Source: the human T2T-CHM13v2.0 reference genome, Homo sapiens. From it: 64,000 bases of DNA. Position 1 is the stretch's first letter, and each line of letters begins with the position of its first letter. Below, piece by piece: positions 14,398 to 29,943 of the stretch. Position numbers and translations under genes: made by a program. The notes under the pieces are model-generated. The model was given only the letters and a program-made list of their open reading frames with translations. It had not been told where the DNA came from and did not search any database. Location of the stretch: the NCBI RefSeq assembly GCF_009914755.1, contig NC_060947.1, one strand, 5' to 3'.

Positions 14398-15379
14398 TCT
14401 CTATAGACTTTCAAGCTACATAAACTAGTGTTTTGATTTGACCTGTTCCTTCATAATCCCACAGCTCTTTCCCCAAAGAGCTGATAAGGCAAGAACTAGG
14501 CATTTATTTAGTTTCCCCTCACTGTTTTACCCCAATGGGTAGTCACACCTGTTGCTGATGGACCAGAATGAGGAGACCCAAGATCAGTGATGACACTAGA
14601 ATGCAGGAGAATTTTCCAAGACATTACTTCCTGAGCCCGGGAGCCCAGTGGGAGTTCACTGTATAATCTGGGACAATGAGATGCTTAGGTAATCACCTCA
14701 AGCTGGAGACTGACATGATCCTTTATCAAGCATTAAATCAGATGGCTGTAAATAGATAAGAAGACTTTTTAAAGAGTTGGTAAGTTTTTAAGTAAATTAT
14801 CAGATGTTTAAATGAGGATGTATATACAAAGATGTTTTCTACAATGTTATTTATAATAGCAAAAAATGAAAACCTAAATGGGCAATTACATGGAGCTAAT
14901 AAATTAAACTATAATGCATTCATATCATGGGTTATTATTATGCAGTAATTTAAAATTAAATTTTCAAAACAATCATAATGACAAGGGAAAAGAACCATAA
15001 TAAATTAAGTGGAAGAACTGGAGGGAAGGATACAGACAATATGACCAGGAGTGTGATCTCAAATATATATTACTTTTATAATCAAAATATATTACTCTGT
15101 TAATGAAAAAAAGTCAATTTTATAAAAACCAAGATTAATAATTCTGACCCTTTCCACAGTGTTTTTGCTCTTACAATTAGGTTCGCTTTTTCTCATAAAT
15201 GGTTGAAGTTGCTGCTTTCATTTGTAAAATGGGTGTGAAAGTAATTACTAATCTCCCACAGTTTCTGTGTTGATGAAATAAGATGATGGATGTGGAAGTG
15301 ATTTCTTTTTCAAACATTAGAGTGCTAGTCACTTCTGAGCTATATTGCTGAGGAAATCCTACATGTGCTGATTTTTTTG

Positions 15380-15595
15380 GTGTTCTGTAGTAATCAATCT
15401 TTCTTAAAGCCAGGGCTTCCTGCCCATTTCTACTGCCATCATCACACTTCAGGCCTTTACCCTCCCATTGCCTGAACTTCCATACCAGTCTTCCAGCTGG
15501 ACATACCCCAGTCTTCTGGTCTCCTCTATCCACCCTCCACAATGTATCAAGAATCAGCTTTCTGACCATGTTAATCCTTTGCTCAGACTACTGCA
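15380..15595 (+). mobile_element. L2 fragment
   Basis: CCCATTTCTACTGCCATCATC..CCACCCTCCACAATGTATCAAGAATCAGCTTTCT. Confidence 0.55.
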
Positions 15596-15774
15596 GACTC
15601 TTGAGTACCCTTCACATATCACACTAATTTTTTAGCCAATTATTCTATGACATTCTTCAATTATCACCCAAGTTCCCATATAATCAGCTAAAAGTGTTCA
15701 ACATGTTTTGCTTAACTAGAAAGCACTGCATTACGTAGTAGACCCTCATTGCAAGTTATCTATTGGTAAGTGGC

Positions 15775-15942
15775 AATGTGGCACCTTCCTACTCGAAGTG
15801 TGATCTCTGGACCAGTATCATCAGACTCACCTGGGAGTTTCTTAGACAGACATTATCTCTGACTCCACCCAGACCTACTGAATCAAAGAGTGTTCCCTAG
15901 GTGATTTGTATACACAGTAATATTTGAGAAACACTAGTCTAG
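15775..15942. mobile_element. MER5A (hAT-Charlie) DNA transposon
   Basis: AAGTGTGATCTCTGGACCAGTATCATCAG..ACCCAGACCTACTGAATCA..TTTGAGAAACACTAGTCTAGA. Confidence 0.75.
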
Positions 15943-16199
15943 AAGGCCCTAAAGTTGGCAGATGGAGCAAAGTGTTCACAGCTTTTTCACAGATTTATTG
16001 ACTCATTCCAAACTGTCCTTGTGTCTTTCACATATGTTTATTCATCCCCTTTCTTAGATGTAAGATCATTAAAAAGTATTAACTTAAATCTTCCTCTTCC
16101 TTTGTCTCAACTTCTACCATCCATGCCCTCAATAAGTGCTCATCAAGTAAAAATAGTTTTAAAGACCATATTTAAAAGTAACCATAAAACTTATTTATT

Positions 16200-16445
16200 A
16201 TAGCATAGTGGTTTTAATAAAGGGAATCTGGAGCTTGCCAGCCTGAGATCAAGAATCACTTTCCGACACTTCCCAGCTACATGACCTTAGGCACATTACT
16301 TGGCCTATATGTGCCTCAATTGCCTCATCCGTGAAATGAAGATACTAATAATATCCACATCAAGGTTGTTGTAAGAGTTAAATGAGTAGAGAGATGGGAA
16401 ACTCTTAGAACAGCATCTGGCCGAGTTACCACTGTATAAGTTTTA
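16200..16445 (+). mobile_element. MIR SINE
   Basis: TAGCATAGTGG..TGACCTTAGGCAC..GTGCCTCAAT..CCTCATCCGTGAAATG. Confidence 0.8.
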
Positions 16446-18204
16446 GGTATTAAATGTTTTTAGAAGGTAATTATAATAAGTATTTCAAAACTTAGGCCAC
16501 TAATAATCATAAATATAGAATTGTTCCATGACAGACTGCGTGCCTGAAATTTAAGTCTCTGGTGTCTGCATACTCTTATTGAATTCTCACAACTCCTCAG
16601 CAAGATTAATGGTAATCTTATTTTACAGAAGGCAAAGTTTACACAGCTTGACTTGACTTCAGGTCTGAGGGATTTCAGAGTCCATGTTCCTTATAAGAAG
16701 AGGGCTTTATAGACAACAGAGAAAAGAAACAGTTGATTCGAAGATGTAATATAGAATGAGGTAAAAGTTGATGGTTTGACTATTTTGGGTGCCCAGATTT
16801 CAGAAAAGAAGGATTAGCATTGTAAGAACTCACAAGCTTAGTGATACAAATAATTAAAATAGTACTGTGGATATTGCATTCAGTGACTTAAACATGAAGT
16901 GAACAGTTTGTAAAGAGCAAGCCAAGGATAATCATCTGGGTCTCTGGGACTTTCTCCATCAGGATTTCAGGCCAATAAATGGTTAATGGAAACCTGTCTA
17001 CATCCCCAGCTACATAGACTGCCCCTGTACAGGAAGTATGTACAGATATTCCTAAGCTAGAATCAGGGAATCTGGAACATGCAGGAAGAAGAAGAGAGTC
17101 TCGCAATGTGCCTCCAACACTCCTCTCCTGGACATTGCTATCTCTGGTTCTTCCTTCCTGCCCTGGGAATTCACCCAGTCACCATCTGCAAAACACACAC
17201 TGCTGTTAAGAGAAGTCAGAGGGGGATAATGCTTGGGATTAGGGCCAGAGCTAGGAAAATAGTCCTCTTCCTGGAAGGACATTCCTGGAAGGGGAATGTG
17301 GGGAGTGGTGGCCTTTGGGATTCTTCCAAATTCATAGCAAGCGGTGGCAGCATCTAGTGGAGAGAATAGGCCCAGGGGCCAGAGGCACAGCTGAAGCTCC
17401 CAGCATGGTGTTTGGCGTATCAGTGAGAACCTCTTTGTGTGGCTGTTAGGTAATAAATCCCTTGGGTAAAAAAGTATGCAAAAGAGTCTTGAGTCAGTCA
17501 GTCCCATTTATTACAAGAAAGGAAGAGAAATAGACACTGAATTATCTATGCATACAGATGAGATATTTTAGCCACCTAAATTAATAAGATAATTTTTAAA
17601 AGCCAACTAAGTAGTAGGCAGAGTTCATGGCATCTAGAATCAACAATATGGTATACCAAGCAAAGGGTAAGAAAGTAGGGAAAAAGGAAAATTGCATTGC
17701 AACCTCAAAGGATGCTGCAGCTGAAAATGAGTCAGTGATGGCAGTGATAAGATACAATTGGAAAATTCAAATTTAAGGAGTTGGAGAAACAAAGGTGAGT
17801 TCTATCTGAAAAGGAAATCATGAAAAGTGCTATTAATGAAATCACATGGCATGTAAACAGTGCATAAAGTCCCGAGGCTGAGGGAGTAAATGAGAACCTA
17901 AGCTCCACCTGCCAAGTCTCATGCCTCAAAACAGGGCTGAATCCACCTGCAGAAAAGACAGTCTTTCTGTAATTGGCACAAAAGCACTATATGGGTTAGT
18001 AGCAACCCTGTAGTCTATGTCTTCAGGGGATTTCATATTGATAAAAACTAGGACTGTAGAGACAAACATTAAACTTTTGGCCCCAAATAGATCCAGATAT
18101 TTCATCTTTCATTTCTAACTCACTCGATCTCTTTTCAAGTATTTATAGCTGGATATAAGAGTTTCACTTGATAACCTAAAATCCAAAACTCCCAACAGAG
18201 TTAT

Positions 18205-18729
18205 GGTCTTTGGTTAATCAGAGTTTTCCAGAGAAACAGAACTAAAAGGATATAAAGATAAATATAGGAAGGGAGATATTATGAGGGATTGGCTCACTGA
18301 TTATAGAGGCTAAAAAGTTCCATCATATGCCCTCTGTAAGCTGGGGGGAAAGCCAGTGTTGTGGTTCCAGTCCAAGCCAAAGGACTGAGAACTAGGACAG
18401 CCAAAGGTGTAAGTCCCAGTCTGAGTCTGAAGGCCTGAGAAGTAAAAGCACCAATGGTCCAAGGGCAGGAGAAGATGGATGCCCAGCTAAAGAAGAGAGA
18501 GAGAGAATTTGCCCTTCCTCTGCCTTATTTTTTTCCTATTTGGATGGGACCCCTACAGATCCCATGATGATTGCCCATATTGGTGAGGGTGATCTTCTTT
18601 ATTCAGTCTACTGATTCAAATGCTAGTCTCTTCCAGAAACACCCTCACAGACACACCCAGAAATAATGTCTTACCAGCTATCTGGGCATCCCTTAGCCCA
18701 GTCAAGTTGACACAAAATTAAACATCATA
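18205..18729 (-). mobile_element. MLT2 (ERVL) solo LTR, MLT2B-like
   Basis: Reverse complement begins TGATG..AATTTTGTGTCAACTTGACTGGGCTAAGGGATGCCCAGATAGCTGG; other end CAGAGAAACAGAAC. Confidence 0.88.
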
Positions 18730-19204
18730 ACCACCATCCAACATAATTTGTTAAGCTCCATATTACACTCACGAAGGGAAAACAAATGTTGGAACCAGAA
18801 GTTTTAAGGCTGAAAGGGTCCACAGGACACTTCCAGGGAGGCTTTTGTCTGACCCTGACTACTTACGCATATATGCTGAGACCAAGAGGCCTCCCAGCTA
18901 TTCCAGATACAGACTCAGAGGCTTAGCAGGGACAATTATAAGATAATTAATGCCATTTTTTTTAAGGATGGGGAGTGGGGGGGATGCAGATTCTGTCTCT
19001 AGGAATATGGGCTCCAAGCTATCAGCTCCGAACAAGGAAAGAGATATGAAAGTCACTGTAGACTGTTTCCTGAACACACCAGCCCAAATTGCTATTTCAG
19101 CCAAAACAATTATCGGTCTAGTTAGATCAGAAACAGAAAGAAAAAAAAATAAAGACAGAAAATACTCTCTTCCCTCACTCCCTCACCTCATCCTGCCCCT
19201 AAAT

Positions 19205-19295
19205 TCCCTCTTCATGGTTTGCTCTCACCTGGGATATTGTGTACAGGTCTGGTTACCACATCTCAGGGACAATAGCATCAAGCTGGAGATCTTCA
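19205..19295 (+). mobile_element. CR1/L3 LINE ORF2 remnant
   Basis: Translates HLGYCVQVWLPHLRDNSIKLE, resembling the CR1 ORF2 C-terminal motif HLEYCVQFWSP..KLE. Confidence 0.6.
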
Positions 19296-19318
19296 TATGA
19301 AAGGCTTAAAAATGGTCA

Positions 19319-19660
<342 letters not shown>

Positions 19661-19999
19661 TTAGTAAACAGAAAGCACATCACTCCCATGGTTTAAAACA
19701 GCTTGACTATATAAACCATTTTTTTTAAGGTTTGGATAAATTAGCTGATGAGAGACACTAAAAAGGAAATTAATGTCAGGAGGACAACCATTACTTATGG
19801 ATGTTGACTTTGTGAAATAGGAGGAGGGCCCAAAAGAGAAACATATAGGGGCTATAATTCTGCCAGGTCCTGTACTAGAAACATTATCCACATTATCTCA
19901 TTTAATCCTCACAATAACCCTCTGAGTATGTACTGTTACAATCTCCATATTATTGATAAGGAAACTCAGGTTTAAGAGAAGTTACATAGTGAAAACAAT

Positions 20000-20465
20000 G
20001 TAAATATCCTACAATAGATGAATGAGTGGAAAACAAAAAGTGATGTATACATACAATCGATACACACAATGGGATAGTATTCACCCTTAAAAAGGAAGGA
20101 AATCTTGCAATATGCAACAATGTGGATGAATCTTAAGTAAATTATGCTAAGTGAAATAAGTCAGTCACAGAAGGACAAATACTACATGATTCTACTTATA
20201 TGGAATATCTAAAATAGTCAAACTCATGGAAGCAAAGAATAGAATGGTGACTGTCAGGGGCTGGGAAGAAGGGGAAATGGGGAGTTGCTAATCAACAGGA
20301 ATAAAATTTCAGTTATGCAAGATGAATGAGTTCTAGAGTTCTGCTGTTCAACATTGTGCCCATAAATAACAATACTATATTGTACATTTAAAAATCTGTT
20401 AAGTGAATAGATCTCACATTAAATGTTCTTACCACAATAAGGATTAATAAAATAATAAAATAAAA
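20000..20465 (+). mobile_element. L1MA/MB 3' end inserted into a MIR
   Basis: ATTATGCTAAGTGAAATAAGTCAGTCACAGAAGGACAAATAC..TAAATGTTCTTACCACAATAA; MIR pieces flank both sides (~19850-19990, ~20465-20520). Confidence 0.85.
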
Positions 20466-20975
20466 TGAGAAGTTATATAACATCCAAGTCACGTACAGCT
20501 GGTTAAAATGAGGTTTGGATACAGATTGCAAAGGAAGTGAAATCATCTTTATTTGTAGATGATATGATCAGGCAGGCAGAAAATTTTAAGGAATCTAGAA
20601 AAAGTTTACTAGAACTAATAAGTGAGATTGGTAAGGTTGCAGGACATAAAACTAATGTATATAAATCAAACATATTTCTACATAGTAGCAGTCAACCATC
20701 AGAAGGTGAAATTTTAAAATATAAACCATTTCTAATAACATCAAAAATATGAAAGTACTTAGAGATAAATTTGGCAAAAGATGTACATGACCTAGAGTGA
20801 AACTACAAAACATGGCTGAGATAAACCAAATAAGATTTAAATAAATGGAGAGATATACATTGTTCCTAGATTAGAAAAATCAGTACTGCTCAGGCATTAA
20901 TTCTCCTCCAAACTGATCTATAAATACAGCACAAACCCAATCATAATGCCAGCAGCCATTTTAAATAGAAATTGA

Positions 20976-21443
<468 letters not shown>

Positions 21444-21546
21444 TAATGTTACACAACGGCGTCGCCAAAAATAGATCCATATGTAAAAGGTCAATTGATT
21501 TTTGACAAAGGTACCAAAGCAATTAAGTAGAAAAAGGATAATCTTT

Positions 21547-21874
21547 GTGTTTTGTTTTGTTTAGAGATGGGGTCTCTCTCTGTTGCCCAGACTGAGGTGT
21601 AGTGGTGTGATTCTAGCTCACTGCAGCCTTAAAGTCCTAAGCTCAAGCTATCCTCTCATCTCAGCCTCCTGCATAGCAGGACTACAGGTAGGCACTACTA
21701 CACCCAGCTAATTTTTAAAAAGTGGTTTTATTTTGTTTTTGTTTTTGTTTTTTTGTAGAGATGGGGTCTTGCTATGTTGCATAGGCTAGTCTCAAACTCC
21801 TGGCCTCAAGCAATCCTCCTGCCTCAGCCTCCCAAAGTGCTGGGAATACAGGTGTCAGTCAATGCACCTGGCCT
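21547..21874 (-). mobile_element. AluJ
   Basis: Antisense Alu; TSD AAAAGGATAATCTTT on both sides. Confidence 0.93.
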
Positions 21875-24236
21875 GGAAAAGGATAATCTTTTAATCAAAT
21901 AGTGCTGGAACAATTGGATGTTCATATGCAACAAATAGTGTTGGAATAACTAGACGTCCATATGCAAAAACAAACAAAACCCAAAAATCCCTTAGCTCTT
22001 ACTTCACAAAACATACATTAACCCAAAATGGATCCTAAACCCAAGTGCAAGAGCTAAAGTTATATAACTTCTAGAAGAAAATATAAAAGAAAAATCATAG
22101 TTACATCGGTTAAGGCAAAAATTTCTTAAATAGGACACAAATGCAGAAATTATAAAAGAAAAAATCATTAAACTGGACTTTATGAAAATTCAAAATTAAA
22201 ACATTTTACTTTTCAAAAGTCACTATTAAGAAATGGAAAGGCAAGCCACAGACTGGGAGAAAATATTGGCAAATCTCATATCCAACAAAGGACTTATATC
22301 TTGAATAAAAAATAACTCTTACAACTCAATATTAGTATTACAAGCAATAAAAATGTACAAAAGATTTAAATAGACACTTCACTAAAGATGATATACATAT
22401 GGCAAATACACAGATGAAAAGATGCTCAACATCATTAGCCATTAGAAAAATATACATTAAAACTACAAAGAAATTCCAATACATATCTATTAGACTGGCT
22501 AAATTAAAAAAATAAAACTTACCATAATAAGTGTTGGTGAGAATGTGGAGGAATGGAACCCTCCTACAGTATTGACTTAAGATGTTTACAATCACTTGAG
22601 AAAATGATTTGACAGCTTTAAAAAATGATAATGATATACCTACCATATGACCCAGCCATTCTACTCATAGATTTAACCATGATGAGCCATTCTATTCATA
22701 GATTTAACAAAGAAAAATGAAAGTATATGTTCACACAGACTTAAATGTGACTGTTCATAGCAGCTTTATTCATAATAGCTATGAATAACTATTCATAATA
22801 GCTATGAAAAACTATTCATAATAGCCAGAAATAATGCAAATGTTCACCAGGTGAATGAATAAACAAACTATGATATATCTATGCAATTGAATATTACTCA
22901 GCAATATTAAAGAACAAACTGCTGATATATGCAACAACATAGACAGATATAAGTATAATTATGCTGAGTAAAAGAAGGCAAAGAAAAATACACACTGTAT
23001 AATTCGATTGGCATAAAATTCTAGAAAATGCAAGCTACTGTAGTGATAGAAAGCACATCAATGGTTGCCTGGGGGTTGTGGAGCTGGATTACAAAGGGGC
23101 ACAAGGAAACTTTTGGGTGTGATGAACATGCTTATTATCTTAATTATGGTAATAGTTTCACACACATTTCAAAACTCATCAATTTATATACGTATTTATA
23201 CATGTATATCCATGTATATCTTATTGTACATCAAATATATCTCAATAAAATGTAAAATTAAGTCAATTTGCCTGAATATCATAGTGAATATATTAATAAA
23301 ATAAGACTAATTTTCCAAACAAATAAAAATCAGTATCCTGAGTGACATCAGCAAGATGGAATAGAAAACCCTCAACTCTCCTAACCACATGAACAAACAA
23401 ATTCAACAACAAAATATAGACAAATTCCCTTTTTGAAAAATCCAGAAACTACATAAGAGACTCCTGTACGATGAGACTACCACATTAAAGCCAGCAGGGA
23501 AATCTGAGAGACCCTGTCAGCATAATAACTTCCCCCTGTACAGAGCCATACAATTGGGAAGACCCCCTCACCAGATTCCAAATTCTCCCTAGGAAGGGAA
23601 GGAGTTAGACCACATGTCCAGTGCCCCAACTTTTCCAGGAGCTGTCCAGAAGATTGGCTTCAGTTTTGCCTGTCTCAGAGTGATGATGGGACCTAGCACC
23701 TAGCCACCTTGGAACCAGAGATGAGAGACAGTATGTTAGGCTAGCAGTTGCTATAACCCCTCTTCCCAGCTTAGCACAGAGCCAGCAGATGAAAATCCCT
23801 AGCTCCTATCTTCTCTCTGGTGAGGAAAGGAGTTGGACCACGTGTCCCGTGCTCCAACCTTTTTTGTGGGGGATGCACAAAGGACTGGTTTATGTCTTGT
23901 TTGTATTGAAGTACTGACAGGACCCAGCACACTCTGTTTCAGGACCAGTGTGATCAGAGATGGCGGTTTGGCCTTGCAGTTACCCTGCTAAGAACAAAGA
24001 AAGTAGGGTGGAATAGCATAAAGCTTTAAAAGGCCCCCTAAATCTCTAGCTGGCCTGACTGATGAGGGTCTTCTCCTGTATAAGGCTAGGCCATGAAGAC
24101 TGGGATAGGTAGCCATTTATTTAATGAACAGATACTCACACAAAGAGCCAAGGGACATGAAGAAACAGGGAAATATATCCCAAACAAAGGGACAAAATAA
24201 ATGTCCTGGTATCATAAATTGGAGATATATGATTTA

Positions 24237-24649
<413 letters not shown>

Positions 24650-25825
24650 CAGAAATCTTGGAGCTGAAGAATATAATAACTGAACCAAAAAATTCACTAG
24701 AGGGGTTCAACATGAGACTCAAGCAAAAGAAAGGATCAGCAAAGTTGAAGACAAGTCGTTGGTAATTATACAGTCAGAGGAGGAAAAGAATTACAGAGAG
24801 TGAAGAAAGCTAAAGGGACTTAAAGGCCATGATCAAGTAGACCAATATATGCATTATGGAAGTTCCAGAAGGAGAGTAAAAAGAGAAAGAGTTCCAAAAA
24901 GCTTATTCAAATAAATAGTTGCAAAATACTTTGCAAATCTAGGAAAGGAAATGAACATCCAGATCCATCAGGCTCAATAGATGGCAAATAAGATAAACTC
25001 AAAGAAATCCATACTAAGACACATTATAATCAAATTGTCCATAGGCAAAGATGAAAAGAGAAGTTTGAAAGTAGCAAAAGAAAAATAACCTGTCATATAA
25101 AAGAAACCTCCAAAAGACTATCAGTGGATTTCTCAGCTGAAACCTTGCAGACCAGAAGATGATATATTCAAAGCGCTAAAAGAAAAAAAAAAAAACCCAC
25201 CAGCAACTAAGAATACTATACCTGTCAAAACTATCCTTCAAAAAGATGAAGAGATTAAGCTTTTGCCAGACCAAACAGACAAACAAAAAAACCCGAGAGA
25301 GTTCATCACCACCAGACTTGCCTTACAAGAAATGATAAAGAGTTAAAGGGAGTTCTTTGTGTTGAAATGAAAGAACATAAAATAATAATACAAAAAATAC
25401 AGACAAGTGTGAAATTCACTGGCAAAGTTAAATATATAAACAAATACAGAATGATGTAATGCTGTGATAGTGGTAGGTAAAACATTTTTAATTCTAGTAT
25501 AAAATTTAAAAGGCAAAAGTGTTAGACTGTAAATATAAAATATGTTAATGTTAATGATAAAAATAAAACGATAGGTAAATTGTGACATTAATAGCATAAA
25601 GTGTGTGAAGGGGAAACTGTAGTTTTTGTATGTGATCGAAGTTAGGTTGTTAATCAGCTTAAAATAGCCTACAATAACTATAAGATATTTTAATGTAAAC
25701 TCTTCTAACTACAAAGAACATACCTATTGAAAATATACACAAAAGAAAAAGAGAAATCACTCAATACAGAAATCAAAACACAAAAGAAGACATTACAAAA
25801 CAAGAAAAAAGAATTATAAGACAGA

Positions 25826-26035
25826 CGAGACCACGGTGAAACCCCGTCTCTACTAAAAAATACAAAAAATTAGCCGGGCGTGGTGGCAGGCGCCTGTAGC
25901 CCCAGCTACTCGGAGAGGCTGAGGCAGGAGAATGGCATGAACCCGGGAGGCGGAGCTTGCAGTGAGCCGAGGTCGAGCCACTGCACTCCAGCTTGGGTGA
26001 CAAAGCGAGACTCCGTCTCAAAAAAAAAAAAAAAA
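25826..26035 (+). mobile_element. 5'-truncated AluYd-lineage element
   Basis: AluY diagnostics (AGAATGGCATGAACCCGGGAGGCGGAGCTTGCAG), 12-bp left-arm deletion (CGAGACCA|CGGTGAAACC), most CpGs intact, TSD AATTATAAGACAGA. Confidence 0.85.
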
Positions 26036-27240
26036 AATTATAAGACAGAAAATAATAAGCAAAATTGGCAATACTAAGTTCTTCTCTATTAATAACTACT
26101 TTAAATATAAATGGGTTGACTCCCAAATTGAGAGATATAGAGTGAGTGAATGGATCAAAAAACAAGATCCAACTATATGCTGTCTATAAGAGATTCACTT
26201 AAGTTTTAAGGACACACAGGCTGAAAGTAAAGGAATGGACAAAGACATTCCATACAAATGCTAACCAAAAAACAGCAAGGTGGCTACACTTATATCAGAC
26301 AAAATAGGCCAAAAACTGTCACAAGAGACAAAGGACAATGTGCAATGAAAAAAGGCCAATTCACAGGATGATATAAGAATTGTGAATATATATGTACACA
26401 ACATTAAACCACCGAAATATATAAAGCAAACATTGACAGAACTAAAGGGAGAAATAGATAGCAATACTATAATAGTAGGAGACTTCAATATTCTACTTTC
26501 AATAGTGGATGGAACATCCAGACAGATGATCAAAAGGAAACAGTGAACTTGAACAACACTATAGATCAAATGGACCTAACAGAAACATAGAACATTCCAC
26601 CCAAAGCAACAAAATATACATTCTTTTCAAGTACACACAGAACATTCTCCAGAATAGATCACATGCTAGGTCACAAAACAAACTGAAGAAGATTGAAATC
26701 ATACCATGTATATTTTCTGACCACAATGGAATGAAACTAGAAATCAATATCAGAAAAAAAACTGGCAAATTCAAAAATATGTGGAAATTAAACAATACAC
26801 TCCTAAATAACCAATGGGTGAAACAAAAAAATCAAAAGGGAAATTAGAAAATATTTTGAGATAAATGAAAAACAAAATAGAATGTACAAAACCGATGGAA
26901 TGCAGCAAAATCAGTACCAAGAGGAAAATTATAGTGACAAATGCCTACATTAAAAAAGAAAAATCTCAAATAACCCAACTTTACACCTCAAGAAACTAGA
27001 AAAATAAGGAAAAAAAGCTAATCCCAAAGTTACTTGAAGGAAAGAAATAATAAAGATTAGAACATAAATAAACAATACAGAATAGAAAAATAATAGAAAA
27101 GATCAACAAAATGAAGTGTTAATTTTTTGAAAAGATCAACAAAATTGACAAACCTTTGGCTAGGCCAAGGAAAAAGAGAAAGATACAAATAAATTAAATC
27201 ATCAATGAAAGAGAAGACATTACAACTGATACCACAATTA

Positions 27241-27585
27241 CAATCATGCATCACCTAACGACAGGATTATGTTCTGAAAAATGTGTCATAAGGTGATTTC
27301 ATCACTGTGTGACATCACAGAGTGTACTTACACAAACCTAGATGGTATAGCCTATTACACCTAGGCTATATGATAGAGCCTATTGCTCCTAGTCTACAAA
27401 CCTATACAGTATCTTACTGTATTGAATATTTTATGCAATTATACCACAATGGTAAGCATTTGTGAATCTAAATATAGCTAAACATAGAAAAAGTATAGTA
27501 AAAATATGGTATTACAATCTTATGGGACCACTGTCACATAAGTGGTCTGTCATTGATTGAAACATCATTATGAGATGCATGACTG
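27241..27585 (-). mobile_element. Tigger3a (MER7A/Golem) DNA transposon
   Basis: Terminal inverted repeats CAATCATGCA../..TGCATGACTG, TA target duplication, internal ACACAAACCTAGATGGTATAGCCTA. Confidence 0.9.
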
Positions 27586-28834
27586 TATATGCCAACAAAC
27601 TGGAAAACTTAGAAGAAATGGATAAATTTTTAGAAACATATGACTGACCAAGACTGTCACAAAGAAATAGAAAAAAATCTGAACAGACCTGTAACTAGTA
27701 AGGAGACTGAATTAGTAAATTAAAAATCTCCCAATAAAGAAAAACCCAGGAACAGATTACTTTACTGGTGAATTTTATCAAATATTTGAAAAAGAATTAA
27801 TGCCAATCCTTCTCAAACGCTCCCAAAAATTGAAGAGAAGGGAACATTTCCAAACTCATTTTATGAGGCCAGCATTATACCTGATACAGATAAGGACACT
27901 ACAAAAAAAGAAAACTAAAGGCCAATATCCCCAATGAAAACTGATGCGAAAATCCTCAACAAAATACCAGAAAACTGAATTCAATGGCACAGGAAAAGGA
28001 TGATACTCTGTGACCAAGTGGGATTTATGTCTGGTATGCAAAGATGGTTTAACATATGCAGATCAATAAATGTGATACAACATATTAGCAGAATAAGGGA
28101 TAAAAAGCACATGATCATTTTGAGATACAAAAAAAGCATTTGACAAATTCAACAGCCTTTCATAAAAAGCTCTCAACAAACTAGAAATAGAATGAAATTA
28201 CCTCAACAAAATAAAGGCCATATAAGAAAACCCCACAGCTAATGTCATACTCAATGGTGAAAAGCTGAGTTTTTCCTCTAAGATCAGGAACAAGGCAAAA
28301 ATGCCCACTCTTGCCACTTCTGTTCAACATAGTGCTGGAATTCTTACCCAGCATAATTAGGCAAGAAAAAATAAGTAAAGGCATCAAAATAAGAAAGAAA
28401 CAAGTAAAATTATTTTTTACTTACCAGGTAACATGATCTTGTATGTTGTCAGATAACATGATCTTATACGGAGAAAATCCTAGACACTCCATAAAAAAAC
28501 TGTTAGAACTAATAAATCCAGTAAAGTTACAGGATACAAAATCAACATGCAAAAATCAACAGTGTTTCTATACACTAACAATGTACTACCTCAAAAAAAT
28601 AAGAAAACAATCCCATTTACTATAGCACCTAAAATAATAAAATACTTAGGAATAAATGTAACTAAGAAGGCAAAAGACTTGTATACTGAAAACTATAAAA
28701 CATTGATGAAAGAAATCAAAGACACAAATAAATAAGACATTCATGCTAATGAATGCAAGACTTATTGTTAAAATGTCCATACTACCCAAAGTGATCTAGA
28801 ATCAATGTAATCCCTATCAAAATCTTAATGGCAT

Positions 28835-29108
28835 TTTTTTTTTGAGACAGGGTCTCACTCTTTTACCCAGACTGGAGTACAGTAGCATGATCAAGGCTCA
28901 CTGCAGCCTTGATTGCCCAGGCTCAAGTAATCCTCCCACCTCAGCCTCCTGAGTAGCTGGGACTACAGGCATGTGCTACCATGCCTGACTTTTTTTTTTT
29001 TTTTTTTTTTTTTTTTGTAGAAACAAGGTCTCACTATGTTGTCCAGGCTGGTCTTGGAATCCTAGGTTCAAGCAATCCTCTTGCCTCAATCTCCAAAAGT
29101 GCTGGGAC
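28835..29108 (-). mobile_element. AluJ (5'-truncated, expanded middle T-run)
   Basis: Antisense Alu; TSD-like TGGCATTTTTT on both sides. Confidence 0.9.
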
Positions 29109-29612
29109 CCTAGTGGCATTTTTTACAGAAATAGGAAAAAAAAATCTCTACAATTCAGAGGGAATTGCAAAGAACTTCAAATAGCCAAAACAATCTTATA
29201 AAAGAAAAAGCTGGATTCCCTGATTTCAATTGATATTGCAAAGTTATAGTAATCAACAGTATGTACATATAGAGCAAGGGCACAGAAGAGACAGCCCCAA
29301 AATAAACCCACCCATATACGACCAAGTGATCTTTGAGAAGGGTATCAAGACTACAAAATGGGGAAAGTATAGTCTCTTCAATGAATGGTATGGGAAAACT
29401 GGATATCAAACCACTTTCTTACACCATATGCATACACATAAGACCTGAAACTGCAAAACTTGTAGAAGAAAATGTGAGGGAAAAGGCTCTTGACATTAGT
29501 CTTGGCCATGGGTTCTTGAATATGATACTAAAAGCACAGGCAACAAAAGCAAAAATAAACAAGTGGGACAACATCAAACTAAAAGGCTTCTGCACAACTA
29601 ACGAATCTTTTA

Positions 29613-29943
<331 letters not shown>

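Noticed and set aside
22650-22825. Short direct repeats (AGCCATTCTA.TCATAGATTTAAC x2; ATTCATAATAGC x3), superficially CRISPR-like
   Set aside because: Slippage duplications inside an L1; no spacers or cas genes; eukaryotic DNA
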